Shown here piece after piece: positions 39,937 through 51,268 of a stretch of DNA of 64,000 nt. Below the pieces are notes generated by a model. That model was not told the origin of the DNA. It ran no database searches and saw nothing but the letters and a program-made list of their open reading frames with translations. The DNA lies in NCBI GenBank assembly GCA_035353995.1, contig DAOQAL010000002.1, positions 28,729 through 92,728 of the forward strand. Reading direction: 5' to 3'. The first letter of the stretch is position 1, and each line of letters opens with the position of its first letter. The position numbers and the translations under genes are program-made. Origin of the DNA: Minisyncoccota bacterium (GTDB taxonomy: Bacteria > Patescibacteriota > Minisyncoccia > Phycocordibacterales > UBA9973).

Positions 39937-40698
39937 ATGGATATGAAAGATTTAAACAAATCACAATTAGTTTTACTTACGATACTGATAAGTTTTATCA
40001 CTTCGATTGCTACAGGTATTTCTACCGTGTCCTTGTTACAGCAAGCACCTGTGTCTTTCACAGCACCTATCAATCGTATTGTAAGACAAACAGTAGAAAA
40101 GATTGTACCTGGTGAATCAAGTGTTCAAACAGTTGTCGTAAAAGAAGAAGATTTAGTAGTGGATGCTATAGCAAAAAATCAATCAACTGTTTTTGCAATA
40201 AGTAAAGATTCTTTTGATGAGTTTGGAAATTCAATAGAAGTATCTGCTGGAAGAGGATTTGCTGTTTCGAATGATGGAATTATTGTAGCTGACTCTTTGC
40301 AAGTTACAGGTTATGAAAAGTATTATGTAAAAAATGATAATGGTAAATTTAATGCTGAGTTTATTTCTGCGGACAAAAAAGGTTTTTCTTTCTTAAAAAT
40401 TGGAAAACCTATTGATGAAAAAAGTAAGTTGGTTTATACTGTTCCAGCTTCCGGTGATTTAGGGAATATGAAAGCTGGACAGAAGATCATTCTTTTGGGA
40501 AGCACTATTTCATCTTTTATTTATGAGGGTTCAAAAGATTTAAAAATTACTGTAAATAAAACAAATGCTGGTGGAATTTTGCTTGATATAGATGGAAATG
40601 TGCTAGGAATTGCTTTGTCTAATGAAACTATTTCTTTTGCTTCGATTGCAGATATTCTTAGCTCTTTGAAATCCCTAAACGAAACACCAAAAGCATAA
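39937..40698 (+). CDS. Trypsin-like (HtrA/S1C fold) protein with the catalytic His and Ser replaced: probably a pseudo-protease
   Basis: N-terminal TM anchor. [17 protein letters not shown] aligns to GSGF...G.ILTNAHVV without the His; [18 protein letters not shown] aligns to GNSGGPL..L.G.VIGIN with Ser replaced by Ala. Confidence 0.4.
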   Translation: MDMKDLNKSQLVLLTILISFITSIATGISTVSLLQQAPVSFTAPINRIVRQTVEKIVPGESSVQTVVVKEEDLVVDAIAKNQSTVFAISKDSFDEFGNSIEVSAGRGFAVSNDGIIVADSLQVTGYEKYYVKNDNGKFNAEFISADKKGFSFLKIGKPIDEKSKLVYTVPASGDLGNMKAGQKIILLGSTISSFIYEGSKDLKITVNKTNAGGILLDIDGNVLGIALSNETISFASIADILSSLKSLNETPKA

Positions 40699-40751
40699 AA
40701 TATTGTTGTTCGCTATTAATTTTATTTATAAATTTTAATTTATATTTATTT

Positions 40752-43454
40752 ATGCCACCACTTAACAAATTTACAACTAAAGCAAAGGATGCAATAAAAA
40801 AGGCTCACGAGCTTGCAATTGAGCGTGGTCAAAATCACGTTTCTTCATTGCACTTGCTTGCAGCTCTTTTACTTCAAGATGAAAGTATGGTTAATTCCAT
40901 TCTAGACAGATTAGAGGTAGATACTATGCTATTAACTGATTCCATTTTGGAATTAATAGAAACACCAGAAACTAGAAGTACTATTTCTCCAGCCTATCAA
41001 ATTTATTTAAATGCAGATTTTGCACAAGCAATAGAACATTCAGTTAAATTAGCAGAATACTTGAAAGATGAATTTGTTTCTACTGAACATTTATTTGTTG
41101 CTATATTGGAAGTTCCTGGAGAAGCTCGTGAAGTTTTGGCAAGACATAGAATTAATAAAGATCTTGTATTAAAAGTTTTAGAAGAACTTCGTAGTCAAAA
41201 TATTACTGATGTTAGCGAACCTAAAAAGTTTAAATTAATTTTGAAATATACTAGAAATTTAACTAAGCTTGCAAAAGAAGATAAGCTAGACCCTGTTATA
41301 GGAAGAGACAGCGAAATAACTAGAATAATGCAAATACTTTCTCGCAGAACAAAAAATAATCCTATTTTAATAGGTGAGGCTGGTACTGGAAAAACTGCAG
41401 TCGTTGAAGGTTTGGCTCAAAGAATTTCAAAAAACAATGTTCCAGAATCTTTAAGAGAAAAAGAGCTTGTTTCACTAGATCTTGGAATGCTTATTGCTGG
41501 TACTAAATATCGTGGAGAATTTGAAGAAAGATTAAAAGGCATAATGAAAGAAATAGAAAGAGCAGAAGGAAAAATAATTTTATTCATTGATGAAATACAT
41601 ACTATTGTTGGTGCTGGTGGTGGTGAGGGAACTATGGATGCTTCGAATATGTTGAAGCCTGCACTTTCTCGTGGAGAGTTAAGAGCAATTGGTGCTACTA
41701 CTTTAAAAGAATATCAAAAATATATTGAAAAAGATCCAGCTTTGGCTCGTCGTTTTCAACCTGTTTATATAGAAGAGCCGAGCGTGGAAGATGCTATTGC
41801 TATTTTGCGTGGGCTTAAAGAAAAATATGAACTTTTCCACGGAATACGTATTACAGATGATGCTATAGTTTCTGCTGTAAATCTTTCTACACGTTATATT
41901 ACGAATAGATTTTTGCCAGACAAGGCTGTTGATTTGATAGATGAAGCGTCATCTTCATTAAAAATAATGTTGGAAAATAAACCACCAGTGTTAGAAGATG
42001 CTCATAGAAAAATAATGCGTCTTGAAATTGAAAAGGAAGCTCTAAAAAAAGAAATTGAAGAAGAATATTCTGAGGATAAGAGTAAAAAAAATAGAATTAA
42101 AGCAATTGATAAAGAGATAGGGAATTTAAAAGAAAAAACAAAAGAACTTGAATTAAAGTGGCAAAACGAAAAAGCAATTGTAGTTGAAACTAGTTCAATA
42201 AAAAAAGAACTTGATGCTCTTCGTGTTGAAGCAGAAAATGCTGAGATGAGAACTGATCTTTCAAAGGCTGCGGAAATTCGCTATGGTAAAATCCCAATGC
42301 TTAAAAAAGAACTTGATACAAAATTAGCACGTCTCAAAAAATTACAAAAATCTAGAAGAATATTGAAAGAAGAAATTACTGCAGAAGATATTGCTGAAGT
42401 TGTAGCACGATGGACAGGTATTCCTCTTTCAAAGATGCTTGAAGAAGAGCGTGCAAAATTGGAAAAAATGGAAGAAGAATTATATAAGAGAGTTATTGGA
42501 CAGAAAGATGCAATTAAAAGAGTTGCTGATGTAATTCGTCGTTCTCGTGCTGGAATTTCTGATCCTAATAGGCCTATTGGTTCATTTATTTTCTTAGGCC
42601 CATCAGGAGTTGGAAAAACAGAACTTACAAAAGCTCTTGCTCAATTTATGTTTAATGATGATAGAGCGCTTATTAGAGTTGATATGTCTGAATATATGGA
42701 AAAATATTCAGTTTCAAAACTTATAGGTTCTCCACCTGGTTATGTTGGATATGAAGAATCAGGCCAATTAACTGAAGCAGTAAGGCATAGACCATATTCT
42801 GTTGTTCTTTTTGACGAAATAGAAAAGGCACATCCAGAAGTATTTAATATGTTACTTCAAGTTATAGATGAGGGAAGATTAACAGACGGAAAAGGTAGAG
42901 TTGTAAATTTTAAAAATTCAATTATTATTTTGACGTCAAATATCGGTTCTCAATTTGTTGAAAAAATGGAATCAATAGGATTTTCAAATAATTCAGATAG
43001 AGATGATTACAGTAATATGAAAGATAAAGTTCTTGAATCTTTGAAAGAAAATTTCCGACCAGAATTTTTGAATCGTTTGGACGAAATTATAGTTTTTGAT
43101 GTCCTATCAAAAGAAGCAATTATTGAAATAGTGAAATTGAGAGTAGAAATGGTAAAAGAAAGATTACTTGCGAAAGGAATCCATTTCAAAATTTCTGATG
43201 ATGCATTGTCTCTGTTGGCAGAAAAAGGATATGATCCACATTATGGTGCAAGACCTATTAATCGTTTGATTCAAAATAAAATTTTGAATCCTGTTGCGTC
43301 ATATATTATTTCAAATGATGTAAAAAATGGAGATATGATTGCTGTGTCTGTAAAAAATAATGAAATATTTATTGAAAATCAAAAGGAACATTCAAAACAC
43401 ATAAAAAAAATTCAAAGTCCAATTATTACATCACAGCGTTCGCCAAAGAAATAA
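40752..43454 (+). CDS. clpB: ATP-dependent chaperone ClpB
   Basis: Clp N domain, two AAA+ modules ([15 protein letters not shown]; [15 protein letters not shown]), long M-domain coiled coil, C-terminal ClpB_D2-small domain. Confidence 0.9.
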   Translation: MPPLNKFTTKAKDAIKKAHELAIERGQNHVSSLHLLAALLLQDESMVNSILDRLEVDTMLLTDSILELIETPETRSTISPAYQIYLNADFAQAIEHSVKLAEYLKDEFVSTEHLFVAILEVPGEAREVLARHRINKDLVLKVLEELRSQNITDVSEPKKFKLILKYTRNLTKLAKEDKLDPVIGRDSEITRIMQILSRRTKNNPILIGEAGTGKTAVVEGLAQRISKNNVPESLREKELVSLDLGMLIAGTKYRGEFEERLKGIMKEIERAEGKIILFIDEIHTIVGAGGGEGTMDASNMLKPALSRGELRAIGATTLKEYQKYIEKDPALARRFQPVYIEEPSVEDAIAILRGLKEKYELFHGIRITDDAIVSAVNLSTRYITNRFLPDKAVDLIDEASSSLKIMLENKPPVLEDAHRKIMRLEIEKEALKKEIEEEYSEDKSKKNRIKAIDKEIGNLKEKTKELELKWQNEKAIVVETSSIKKELDALRVEAENAEMRTDLSKAAEIRYGKIPMLKKELDTKLARLKKLQKSRRILKEEITAEDIAEVVARWTGIPLSKMLEEERAKLEKMEEELYKRVIGQKDAIKRVADVIRRSRAGISDPNRPIGSFIFLGPSGVGKTELTKALAQFMFNDDRALIRVDMSEYMEKYSVSKLIGSPPGYVGYEESGQLTEAVRHRPYSVVLFDEIEKAHPEVFNMLLQVIDEGRLTDGKGRVVNFKNSIIILTSNIGSQFVEKMESIGFSNNSDRDDYSNMKDKVLESLKENFRPEFLNRLDEIIVFDVLSKEAIIEIVKLRVEMVKERLLAKGIHFKISDDALSLLAEKGYDPHYGARPINRLIQNKILNPVASYIISNDVKNGDMIAVSVKNNEIFIENQKEHSKHIKKIQSPIITSQRSPKK

Positions 43455-43457
43455 ATT

Positions 43458-43485
43458 AAAAATCTCCCTTCAAAGGGAGATTTTT
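43458..43485. terminator. Intrinsic terminator after clpB
   Basis: AAAAATCTCCCTT-CAAA-GGGAGATTTTT. Confidence 0.6.
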
Positions 43486-43553
43486 AATTTGGTGCGCCGG
43501 GTAGGAGCGCTTCGCATTTCTCTCCTTACAGAAGCTTGAATTTTTTAATATAG

Positions 43554-43637
43554 TGCGCCGGGTAGGATTCGAACCTACGTAGCCCTAAGGGCGACTGATT
43601 TACAGTCAGTTGCAATTGACCACTCTGCCACCGACGC
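43554..43637 (-). tRNA. tRNA-Tyr (anticodon GTA), long variable arm
   Basis: Minus strand GCGUCGG...anticodon loop CUGUAAA, variable hairpin GCCC-UUA-GGGC, T-arm GUAGG-UUCGAAU-CCUAC, acceptor 3' CCGGCGC-A. Confidence 0.8.
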
Positions 43638-43905
43638 TATTTTGCGACATAAGTCGCAATCCTATATATGCGTAGGAACATAGCTTTAGTGGTAGCCCAC
43701 CTTCGCTACGCTACAGATAAAAAATGAAGCAGTTCATTTTTTATCCACCGACGCATCTTAGAGTAAAATAGCATAAAAAAAGTCTTTTTGCATCTTTTTC
43801 TATTGAGTATTTTATTTTATAAAAATACTTTTTGCTATTTTAAGAATAGTATGTTATGATTAACAAAATAAATTAAGCCTGACGGCTTTTTTATTTCGTA
43901 AAATT

Positions 43906-45720
43906 ATGGAAATTAGAAATATTGCAATTATAGCGCACGTTGATCACGGCAAAACAAAACTGACCGATTCTTTAATGAAACAAAACGGTATGTTTTTGGA
44001 CGACAGTGTATCAATGGATTCAAATGAACTCGAAAAAGAGCGAGGTATTACAATATATTCAAAAAATACATCTATATATTATAAAGGAACTAAAATAAAT
44101 ATTGTAGATACTCCAGGGCACGCAGACTTTGGTTCTGAAGTTGAACGTGTTCTTCGTGCAATTGATTCTGTTTTATTGTTAGTTGATGCTGTAGAAGGAC
44201 CAATGCCTCAAACAAGATTTGTATTGAAAAAATCCTTAGAGCTTGGATTAAAACCAATTGTTGTTATAAATAAAATAGACAAAAAAGCTGCTGATCCGAA
44301 TAGAGCATACGAAGAGGTTCTAGAACTTTTTTTTGAATTAGGCGCTACAGAAGAGCAGGCAAATTTTGAAACTGTTTATGCAATAGGTAGAGAAGGAATT
44401 GCAAAAAGAAAATTAGAAGATGAATCAAAAGATTTAACTCCTCTTTTGGATGTTATTTTAGAAAAAGTTTCACCAGCATCAAAAAATGAAGAAGGTCTTA
44501 TGTCTGCGCAAGTATTCAATCTAGGTTATGACAATTTCTTAGGAAGACTTGCTATAGCTAGAATATATTCTGGAAAAATGACTTCAGGTAATCAGGTTTT
44601 TGTAAAAGGAGAAAATGGAACAAGATCTGGAAAAATATCTAAATTATTTACCTTTGAAGGTTTAACTAGAAAAGAAGTTAAAGAAGCAACTTCTGGCGAT
44701 ATTGTACTTCTTGCTGGTATACCTGATATATATATTGGAGAAACGATTTGTGAAGATGAGTCTGTTGAACCAATGCCACATATTGCTATTGATGAGCCAA
44801 CAATTTCTTTAAATTTTTTAGTAAATGATTCTCCTTTTGCTGGGAAAGAAGGTAAATTTGTAACATCAAGACAATTAAAAGAAAGACTAGAAAAAGAGTT
44901 GGAGATGAACGTAGGTCTTAAAGTTGATTTTTCTCCAGAACAAGGAAAAATAAAATCGGGACCAAGTTTTTTTAAAGTGTACGGAAGAGGTGAATTGCAC
45001 ATTGCTATTCTTTTAGAAAATATGCGCAGAGAAGGATTTGAAATGCAGGTATCTCAACCAGAAGTTATTGTTAAAGAAATAAATGGTATAAAAATGGAAC
45101 CATATGAAGAAATAATCATAGATGTTCCAAATATTTTTTCAGGTTCTGTTATAGAAAAAATTAGTAAACGCAGAGGTCTTATGAAAAATATGACAGAAAA
45201 AGAAGGCATTTGTAGAATTACTTTTGAAATACCAACAAGGGGAATTTTAGGATACAGAGGAGAATTTATAGTAGATACAAAAGGTGAAGGAATTATGTCT
45301 GGCAGAGTTATAGGATTTAAAGAACATGCAGGAGAAGTTAGAAAAAGAGAATATGGATCTATGGTTTCTATGGTATCTGGAAAAGCTGTAGCTTTTGCTC
45401 TTGCAAACTTACAAGAACGAGGCGTGCTTTACATTGGTCATGGAGCAGAGGTATACGAAGGAGCTGTAATTGGTAATGTATTAAAAGGAAATGATATGTC
45501 TGTAAACCCAACAAAAGGTAAACAGCTCAGTAATATGCGTGCTTCTGGAACAGATGAAGCAATAATTTTAAATCCTCCTTTTGTGCTTAATATTGAAAGG
45601 GGATTAGAGGTTATGGGTGATGATGAGTATCTGGAAATAACTCCAAAAAGTGTTAGACTTAGAAAAAAATATTTAACAGAACTCGAAAGAGTGAGAATGG
45701 CTCGTTTAGTCAATGACTAA
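43906..45720 (+). CDS. typA: Translational GTPase TypA/BipA
   Basis: [31 protein letters not shown], and the BipA-specific C-terminal domain. Confidence 0.9.
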   Translation: MEIRNIAIIAHVDHGKTKLTDSLMKQNGMFLDDSVSMDSNELEKERGITIYSKNTSIYYKGTKINIVDTPGHADFGSEVERVLRAIDSVLLLVDAVEGPMPQTRFVLKKSLELGLKPIVVINKIDKKAADPNRAYEEVLELFFELGATEEQANFETVYAIGREGIAKRKLEDESKDLTPLLDVILEKVSPASKNEEGLMSAQVFNLGYDNFLGRLAIARIYSGKMTSGNQVFVKGENGTRSGKISKLFTFEGLTRKEVKEATSGDIVLLAGIPDIYIGETICEDESVEPMPHIAIDEPTISLNFLVNDSPFAGKEGKFVTSRQLKERLEKELEMNVGLKVDFSPEQGKIKSGPSFFKVYGRGELHIAILLENMRREGFEMQVSQPEVIVKEINGIKMEPYEEIIIDVPNIFSGSVIEKISKRRGLMKNMTEKEGICRITFEIPTRGILGYRGEFIVDTKGEGIMSGRVIGFKEHAGEVRKREYGSMVSMVSGKAVAFALANLQERGVLYIGHGAEVYEGAVIGNVLKGNDMSVNPTKGKQLSNMRASGTDEAIILNPPFVLNIERGLEVMGDDEYLEITPKSVRLRKKYLTELERVRMARLVND

Positions 45721-45723
45721 AAT

Positions 45724-45751
45724 TTGACATCGGGTCAAGATTATGTATAAT
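45724..45751 (+). promoter_or_regulatory. Consensus sigma-70 promoter TTGACA-N16-TATAAT
   Basis: TTGACA at 45724-45729 and TATAAT at 45746-45751, 40 nt upstream of the next ATG. Confidence 0.5.
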
Positions 45752-45791
45752 TAAGATAAAAGAAATTATTATAAATTAAGATTATAAAAAA

Positions 45792-46820
45792 ATGACAACA
45801 ATATCATTCAAACCAAAGCAGGTAACAAAAAAAATAACTTCAAATCTACACAATAGAGCAAATGATGTAATCATGAATCGTTTTGGTTTGAACACTGAAG
45901 CTGAAAGAAAGACTCTCGAAGAAATTGGTAAGAAATATAATATAACTCGTGAAAGAGTAAGACAAATAGAAGAGTCAGCTCTTAACATGATAAAAAAATC
46001 AGAAGCTTATAAAGGTGAGCAGGCTGTTTTTGATGAACTAAAAGAATTGATAAACTCTTTGGGTTCTATTATTTCAGAACATGAACTTTTGTCTCACATA
46101 TCAAAAGATAAAGCAACTCAGAATCATATTCATTTTTATTTGGTATTGGGTGACGCTTTCAAAAAACACAGAGAAGATAATCACTTTCATGCACGTTGGA
46201 GTGTGAATGATGAAGTTGCACAAAAAGTACATGATTCTTTGAAAAAACTTTATGCAAGTCTTAATGATGAAGATTTAATATCAGAAACAGAAATGATAAA
46301 AAAGTTTTTTGATAATATGAAAGATTCAGTTGAAGAATACAAGAAAGAAGAAATAGTAAAGAGATGGCTTGGAATGTCAAAAACAATATCTAAAAATCCG
46401 CTTGGTGAATGGGGAAAATCAACATCTCCTAATATCCGTACTCGTGGTGTAAAAGATTATGCATTTTTAGTAATGCGACGTCATGGTTCTCCTATGCATT
46501 TCAGAGAAGTAGCTGATAATATTTCAAAAACTTTTAATAGAAAAACTCACTATGCAACATGTCACAATGAACTCATAAAAGATCCTCGTTTTGTATTAGT
46601 TGGACGTGGAATGTATGCTTTATCTGAATGGGGATATAAAGCCGGAATTGCAAGAGAAATAATTAGAGATATTCTAAAAAGAGAAGGTCCTCTTTCTAAA
46701 GATCAAGTTGTAGAAAAAGTAATGAAAGAAAGATATTTCAAGAAAAATACTATTTTGGTAAATCTTGTTAATTCAAAATATTTCAAAAAGAACAAAAACG
46801 GTCTTTATACTGCAATATAG
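45792..46820 (+). CDS. Sigma-70 region-4 HTH protein with C-terminal winged-helix (HARE-HTH-like) domain
   Basis: LNTEAERKTLEEIGKKYNITRERVRQIEESALNMIKK resembles sigma-70 region 4.2. C-terminal RGVKDYAFLVMRRHGSPMHFREVADNIS...FVLVGRGMYALSEWG resembles HARE-HTH/winged-helix modules. Confidence 0.4.
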   Translation: MTTISFKPKQVTKKITSNLHNRANDVIMNRFGLNTEAERKTLEEIGKKYNITRERVRQIEESALNMIKKSEAYKGEQAVFDELKELINSLGSIISEHELLSHISKDKATQNHIHFYLVLGDAFKKHREDNHFHARWSVNDEVAQKVHDSLKKLYASLNDEDLISETEMIKKFFDNMKDSVEEYKKEEIVKRWLGMSKTISKNPLGEWGKSTSPNIRTRGVKDYAFLVMRRHGSPMHFREVADNISKTFNRKTHYATCHNELIKDPRFVLVGRGMYALSEWGYKAGIAREIIRDILKREGPLSKDQVVEKVMKERYFKKNTILVNLVNSKYFKKNKNGLYTAI

Positions 46821-46866
46821 AATATTTTGTTTTACTTTACTCTCTCTTTATATTAATATATAAGAT

Positions 46867-48168
46867 ATGGCTGATATTCCTGTAGATATAGCTGTTTTTC
46901 TTTTTAATATTGTTTTATGGATTTTACCTCTTATCGGTACGATCTTTTTGGCTGTGGTTGCTTGGAAGTTGTGGATACATTATGTACAACAAAATTTTAT
47001 TTCTGGTATTGATTTTGTTTTATTAGAAATTGTTCCTCCACGTGATGTTCTTCGTTCACCAAAAGCTATGGAGCTTTTCTTTACTAATGCTCTTTATCAT
47101 AAAAGTACAAAGGGTGGTATTGAAGAGTTCTGGCAAGGTGCTGTTTGGTTTTGGTTTTCTCTTGAAATAGTTTCTATTGATGGACAAGTTCATTTTTATA
47201 TTAGAACACCAACGAGAATAAGAGGATTAATTGAAACACAAATGTATGCTCAATATCCTCAAGCTCAGATAAAAGAAGTTGATGATTACACTCTTGCAGT
47301 AGATGAGATTTCAGATAATAGTAAATACAATCTATGGGGATGTGAATTTTGGTTGGACAAACCAGAAGCTTATCCTATAAAAACTTATGTTGATTTTGGT
47401 TTAGATAAAGATCCTAAAGAAGAATTTAAAGTTGATCCAATCGCTCCGATAATAGAACTTTTTGGTTCTCTAAAAAAAGGAGAACAAATGTGGTTACAGT
47501 TTGTTATTACTCCAGCACGCAAAAAATATCATACAATAGGAACTTGGTTTAAAAATCATGACTGGGTTGCTGAATCAAGGCTGGAAGTTAGAAAAATATT
47601 AAAACCATATATGGCTGTTAAGGATGAAGGTAAAAGAATAGAAGTTCGTGTTCCTTCTTATTTGGAAGGTCAAGTAGAAGGTATTAATAGTAAAATAACT
47701 AAACTAGGTTTTGATTGTGGCATAAGAGCATGCTATGTTGCAAAAAAAGAATCTTACGATTTAAGTAATAGAAGAAATTTACGTCTTATTTTCCGTCAAT
47801 ACGCAACTCCATCACTAAATTGTCTTGAAAGACATAATTCAACTCAGGCTGATGCTTTTACTGCTAATTTCTTTGAATCTTTCTTTCTTATTTCTCAAAA
47901 GACGATTACTCGTTTATCAAATAGAATGCTGGAAGAATATAGAGAACGTGCATTTTTCTATACTCCATTAAGACATAAACTTTCTAGTTTTATTCCTTGG
48001 CCACTTTCACCTTATATATTTCCAAAATATTTTCACCACAATACTTTTGTTCTTAATACAGAAGAAATTGCTACACTTTGGCATTTCCCAGGTCAGATTT
48101 TGAAAGTTCCTACATTAGAACGTATAGAATCAAAAGAAGCATCACCGCCTCCAAATTTACCGATATAA
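46867..48168 (+). CDS. Hypothetical membrane-anchored protein
   Basis: N-terminal TM (IAVFLFNIVLWILPLIGTIFLAVVAW); no recognisable catalytic motifs. Confidence 0.4.
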   Translation: MADIPVDIAVFLFNIVLWILPLIGTIFLAVVAWKLWIHYVQQNFISGIDFVLLEIVPPRDVLRSPKAMELFFTNALYHKSTKGGIEEFWQGAVWFWFSLEIVSIDGQVHFYIRTPTRIRGLIETQMYAQYPQAQIKEVDDYTLAVDEISDNSKYNLWGCEFWLDKPEAYPIKTYVDFGLDKDPKEEFKVDPIAPIIELFGSLKKGEQMWLQFVITPARKKYHTIGTWFKNHDWVAESRLEVRKILKPYMAVKDEGKRIEVRVPSYLEGQVEGINSKITKLGFDCGIRACYVAKKESYDLSNRRNLRLIFRQYATPSLNCLERHNSTQADAFTANFFESFFLISQKTITRLSNRMLEEYRERAFFYTPLRHKLSSFIPWPLSPYIFPKYFHHNTFVLNTEEIATLWHFPGQILKVPTLERIESKEASPPPNLPI

Positions 48169-48171
48169 TAT

Positions 48172-49110
48172 ATGGAAAATTTTTCTTTATTAAATAATAA
48201 TAAAATTCCAGAAGAAAATATAAAGAAACAATATTCATTTAAGAAAAAAGTTTCTCTCTTTGTTTTGGGATTATTTTCTTTTTTGTTTATTGGATATTTT
48301 CTTTTTTTAAGTACCCCGTGTTCTTTTCCAAAGGGTATTGTAATTAGTATTGAAAAAGGAGAAAGTTTGAGAGATGTATCTTTATTATTGAAAGAAAAAA
48401 AAATTATTAGATCAAGAGTTTCTTTTGAAACATTTGTTATTTTATTTGGTGGAGAAAAACATATTTCTCAAGGAGATTATTTATTTGAAAATAAATTACC
48501 AGTTTTCGAGGTTGCAAAACGAATAGTTGAAAAGGATCGTCATTTAGCATCAGTAAAAATAACAATTCCTGAAGGATATAATCTTTTGCAAATAGCTGAT
48601 GCGGTTTCTACAAAATTGAAAAATTTTAACAGAGAAAAATTTTTTACAGAAGCAAAAGAGGGATATCTATTTCCAGATACATATTTTTTCTTTTCAACAG
48701 ATAGTGAAGAGCAAGTTGTAAAGTATATGACAGAAAATTTTGAAAAGAAAATTAAAACGGTAAAGTCTGAAATTAATGATTCTGGTAAAACAGAAAATGA
48801 GATTATAATTATGGCATCTCTTATAGAAAAAGAGGCAAAAGGTGATGCTGATAGAGGTTATATTTCTGGAATTTTGTGGAATAGATTAAAAAAGGGAATG
48901 CCATTACAAGTTGATTCAGCTGAAGAAACATACAAAACAAAAGGTTTGCCAGAGAACCCTATTTGCAATCCAGGCTTAAAAGCTATAAAAGCGTCGATTT
49001 CACCAATTAATTCTCCATATTTATATTATCTTCATGATAAGAATGGCATAATTCATTATGCAAAAACTTTTGATGAGCATAAAAAAAATAAATTAAAATA
49101 TTTGAATTAA
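48172..49110 (+). CDS. mltG: Endolytic murein transglycosylase MltG (YceG-like)
   Basis: N-terminal TM, TIPEGYNLLQIADAVS and GYLFPDTYFF signature motifs. Confidence 0.75.
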   Translation: MENFSLLNNNKIPEENIKKQYSFKKKVSLFVLGLFSFLFIGYFLFLSTPCSFPKGIVISIEKGESLRDVSLLLKEKKIIRSRVSFETFVILFGGEKHISQGDYLFENKLPVFEVAKRIVEKDRHLASVKITIPEGYNLLQIADAVSTKLKNFNREKFFTEAKEGYLFPDTYFFFSTDSEEQVVKYMTENFEKKIKTVKSEINDSGKTENEIIIMASLIEKEAKGDADRGYISGILWNRLKKGMPLQVDSAEETYKTKGLPENPICNPGLKAIKASISPINSPYLYYLHDKNGIIHYAKTFDEHKKNKLKYLN

Positions 49111-49113
49111 AAA

Positions 49114-49641
49114 ATGAGAAAACATAATTTAGCTTTTACAGATTTAGAAACCACTGGTCTTAATATTCTCAAACATGAGATTATTGAGATTGGTTGTGTT
49201 ATTACAGATTATAAATTGAAAGTTATTGAAGAATTTGAAATAAAAATAAAACCAGAAAATATTGAGAATGCAGATCTTGTTGCTTTAAAGGTGAATGGAT
49301 ACAATGATGAAGATTGGAAAGACGCTATGTCATTAAAAAATGCATTACATATTTTTTCTGATAAAGCAAAAGATTGCATTATGGTAGGACAAAATGTTGC
49401 TTTTGATTCTTGGTTTTTAGAATATAATTTTGCTAAATTAAATTTAAAAAATACATTGCACTATCATAGGCTTGATACTATTTCTATTGCTTGGGCAAAA
49501 CTTCATAAAAAAGAAGAAGTTAACCATTTCTCTTTGCGTGAAATGTGTAAATATTTTGGAATAAAAAATGAAAATCCGCACAGAGCATTGTCTGATGCAC
49601 AGGCTACATTTGAGCTTTACAAAAAGCTTATGAATATGTAG
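49114..49641 (+). CDS. DEDDh 3'-5' exonuclease (DnaQ-like)
   Basis: Exo I FTDLETTGL, Exo II VGQNVAFDSWFL, Exo III HRALSDAQATFELYKKL. Confidence 0.65.
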   Translation: MRKHNLAFTDLETTGLNILKHEIIEIGCVITDYKLKVIEEFEIKIKPENIENADLVALKVNGYNDEDWKDAMSLKNALHIFSDKAKDCIMVGQNVAFDSWFLEYNFAKLNLKNTLHYHRLDTISIAWAKLHKKEEVNHFSLREMCKYFGIKNENPHRALSDAQATFELYKKLMNM

Positions 49642-49679
49642 TATCAAATCATATTTGTTTTAAAAAATATTTTCATTTT

Positions 49680-50774
49680 ATGAAGAAACTTAAAAACAAA
49701 AAAATAGTTTTTGTTGGCATGTCTGGAGGTGTAGATTCTTCTGTTTCTGTAGCTATTTTGAAAGAACAAGGCTATGACGTAGTTGGTGTTTTTATTCGTA
49801 CTTGGCACCCAGATTTTTTGCCATGCAATGAAGAAAAAGAAAGATTAGATGCGATGAGAGTAGCTGCTTTTTTGAATATACCATTTTTAACTTTTGATTT
49901 TGAAGACATTTATAAAAAAGGAGTGGCAGATTATATGATTGCAGAATATAAAGCTGGTAGAACTCCAAACCCAGATGTTATGTGTAATAAGGAAGTAAAA
50001 TTTGGTGCTTTTCTTAAAAAATCTCTTTCTATGGGTGCAGACTATGTTGCTACTGGACATTATGCAATAAGTAAAAAATATTCGAATGATTTTAATTTAT
50101 TGAAAGGAAAAGATTCCACGAAAGATCAAGTATATTTTCTCTGGACATTAAAACAGGAACAGCTTTCAAAAATTTTTTTCCCTGTAGGTAATATAAAAAA
50201 GACAGAGGTAAGAAAACTTGCAAAAAAATTTAAGTTACCTGTTGCAGATAAAAAAGATAGTCAGGGGATTTGTTTTCTTGGAGCTGTTGATTTAAAAGAA
50301 TTTTTAAAACACTATATTAAAGAAAAAGGAGGAAACGTAGTAAATACAAATGGGGAAATTATTGGATACCACGATGGGGCTGTTTTCCATACACTTGGAG
50401 AACGTCATGGTTTTACAATTACGAAAAAGAATCCAAACGATGGAGCTTATTATATAGTTTCAAAAAATATAAAGAAAAATACTTTAGTAGTAAGTCAGGA
50501 TAAAAATTCTTTTCAAGAAGATAAAGATAAGAAAAATAATTCGGAATTTTATTTAGAAATAGATAATTTAAATTGGATTAACGAAATTCCTAAAGCAAAT
50601 AAAAATTATCAAGCACAAATTCGTTACCATGGAGAATTTTTACCTTGCAAGATAGAATTGAATAGTAAAACAAAAGCAAAAGTAATTTTTAAAAAATATA
50701 TTTTAGCAGATAAAGGACAGTCATGTGTTATTTATGATAAAGATGTTTGCCTTGGTGGTGGTATAATTATATAA
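49680..50774 (+). CDS. mnmA: tRNA-specific 2-thiouridylase MnmA
   Basis: PP-loop VGMSGGVDSSV, catalytic Cys region MCNKEVKFGAFL, CFLG. Confidence 0.85.
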   Translation: MKKLKNKKIVFVGMSGGVDSSVSVAILKEQGYDVVGVFIRTWHPDFLPCNEEKERLDAMRVAAFLNIPFLTFDFEDIYKKGVADYMIAEYKAGRTPNPDVMCNKEVKFGAFLKKSLSMGADYVATGHYAISKKYSNDFNLLKGKDSTKDQVYFLWTLKQEQLSKIFFPVGNIKKTEVRKLAKKFKLPVADKKDSQGICFLGAVDLKEFLKHYIKEKGGNVVNTNGEIIGYHDGAVFHTLGERHGFTITKKNPNDGAYYIVSKNIKKNTLVVSQDKNSFQEDKDKKNNSEFYLEIDNLNWINEIPKANKNYQAQIRYHGEFLPCKIELNSKTKAKVIFKKYILADKGQSCVIYDKDVCLGGGIII

Positions 50775-50783
50775 TATAAATAT

Positions 50784-51263
50784 ATGGAACAATTTTTTAT
50801 ACAAAACGGAGATATTGTTTTGAGATTAGTAATAGCTATGTTTTTAGGAATGTTAGTTGGAACAGAACGCTTTTTAGCCCGCAAGGAAGCAGGTGTTAGA
50901 ACTCATGCTCTTGTATCTGTGGGTTCAGCTCTTTTTGTTATAATTTCTGAAATAGTTATGCAAAATTATGCTAACATGGGAGCATTTGATCCAATGCGTA
51001 TGGCATCTCAGATCGTTGTAGGAATTGGATTTCTTGGTGCTGGCTCTATTATATTGGAAGGTTCACGATTAAAAGGGTTAACGACAGCAGGTGGACTTTG
51101 GGTTACTGCTGGAATAGGAATGGCAGCTGGATTTGGACTTTTTGGACTTGCTACTATATCAACAGTTTTAGTCCTTTTAATTTTGATTTTTGTTTATATA
51201 CTTGAAAAACCTCTTTTAAAAATTTCAGAAAAAAACGATACTGCAGAAAAAACTGATAATTAA
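50784..51263 (+). CDS. MgtC/SapB family membrane protein
   Basis: RLVIAMFLGMLVGTERFLARKEAGVRTHALVSVGSALF matches the MgtC N-terminal consensus. Confidence 0.7.
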   Translation: MEQFFIQNGDIVLRLVIAMFLGMLVGTERFLARKEAGVRTHALVSVGSALFVIISEIVMQNYANMGAFDPMRMASQIVVGIGFLGAGSIILEGSRLKGLTTAGGLWVTAGIGMAAGFGLFGLATISTVLVLLILIFVYILEKPLLKISEKNDTAEKTDN

Positions 51264-51268
51264 TTTTT

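Noticed and set aside
43747-43757. Second occurrence of CCACCGACGC (tRNA-Tyr 5' end) 110 bp from the tRNA
   Set aside because: A 10-nt match is within chance expectation for a 64-kb window (about 0.1 expected); not enough to call an att site by itself.
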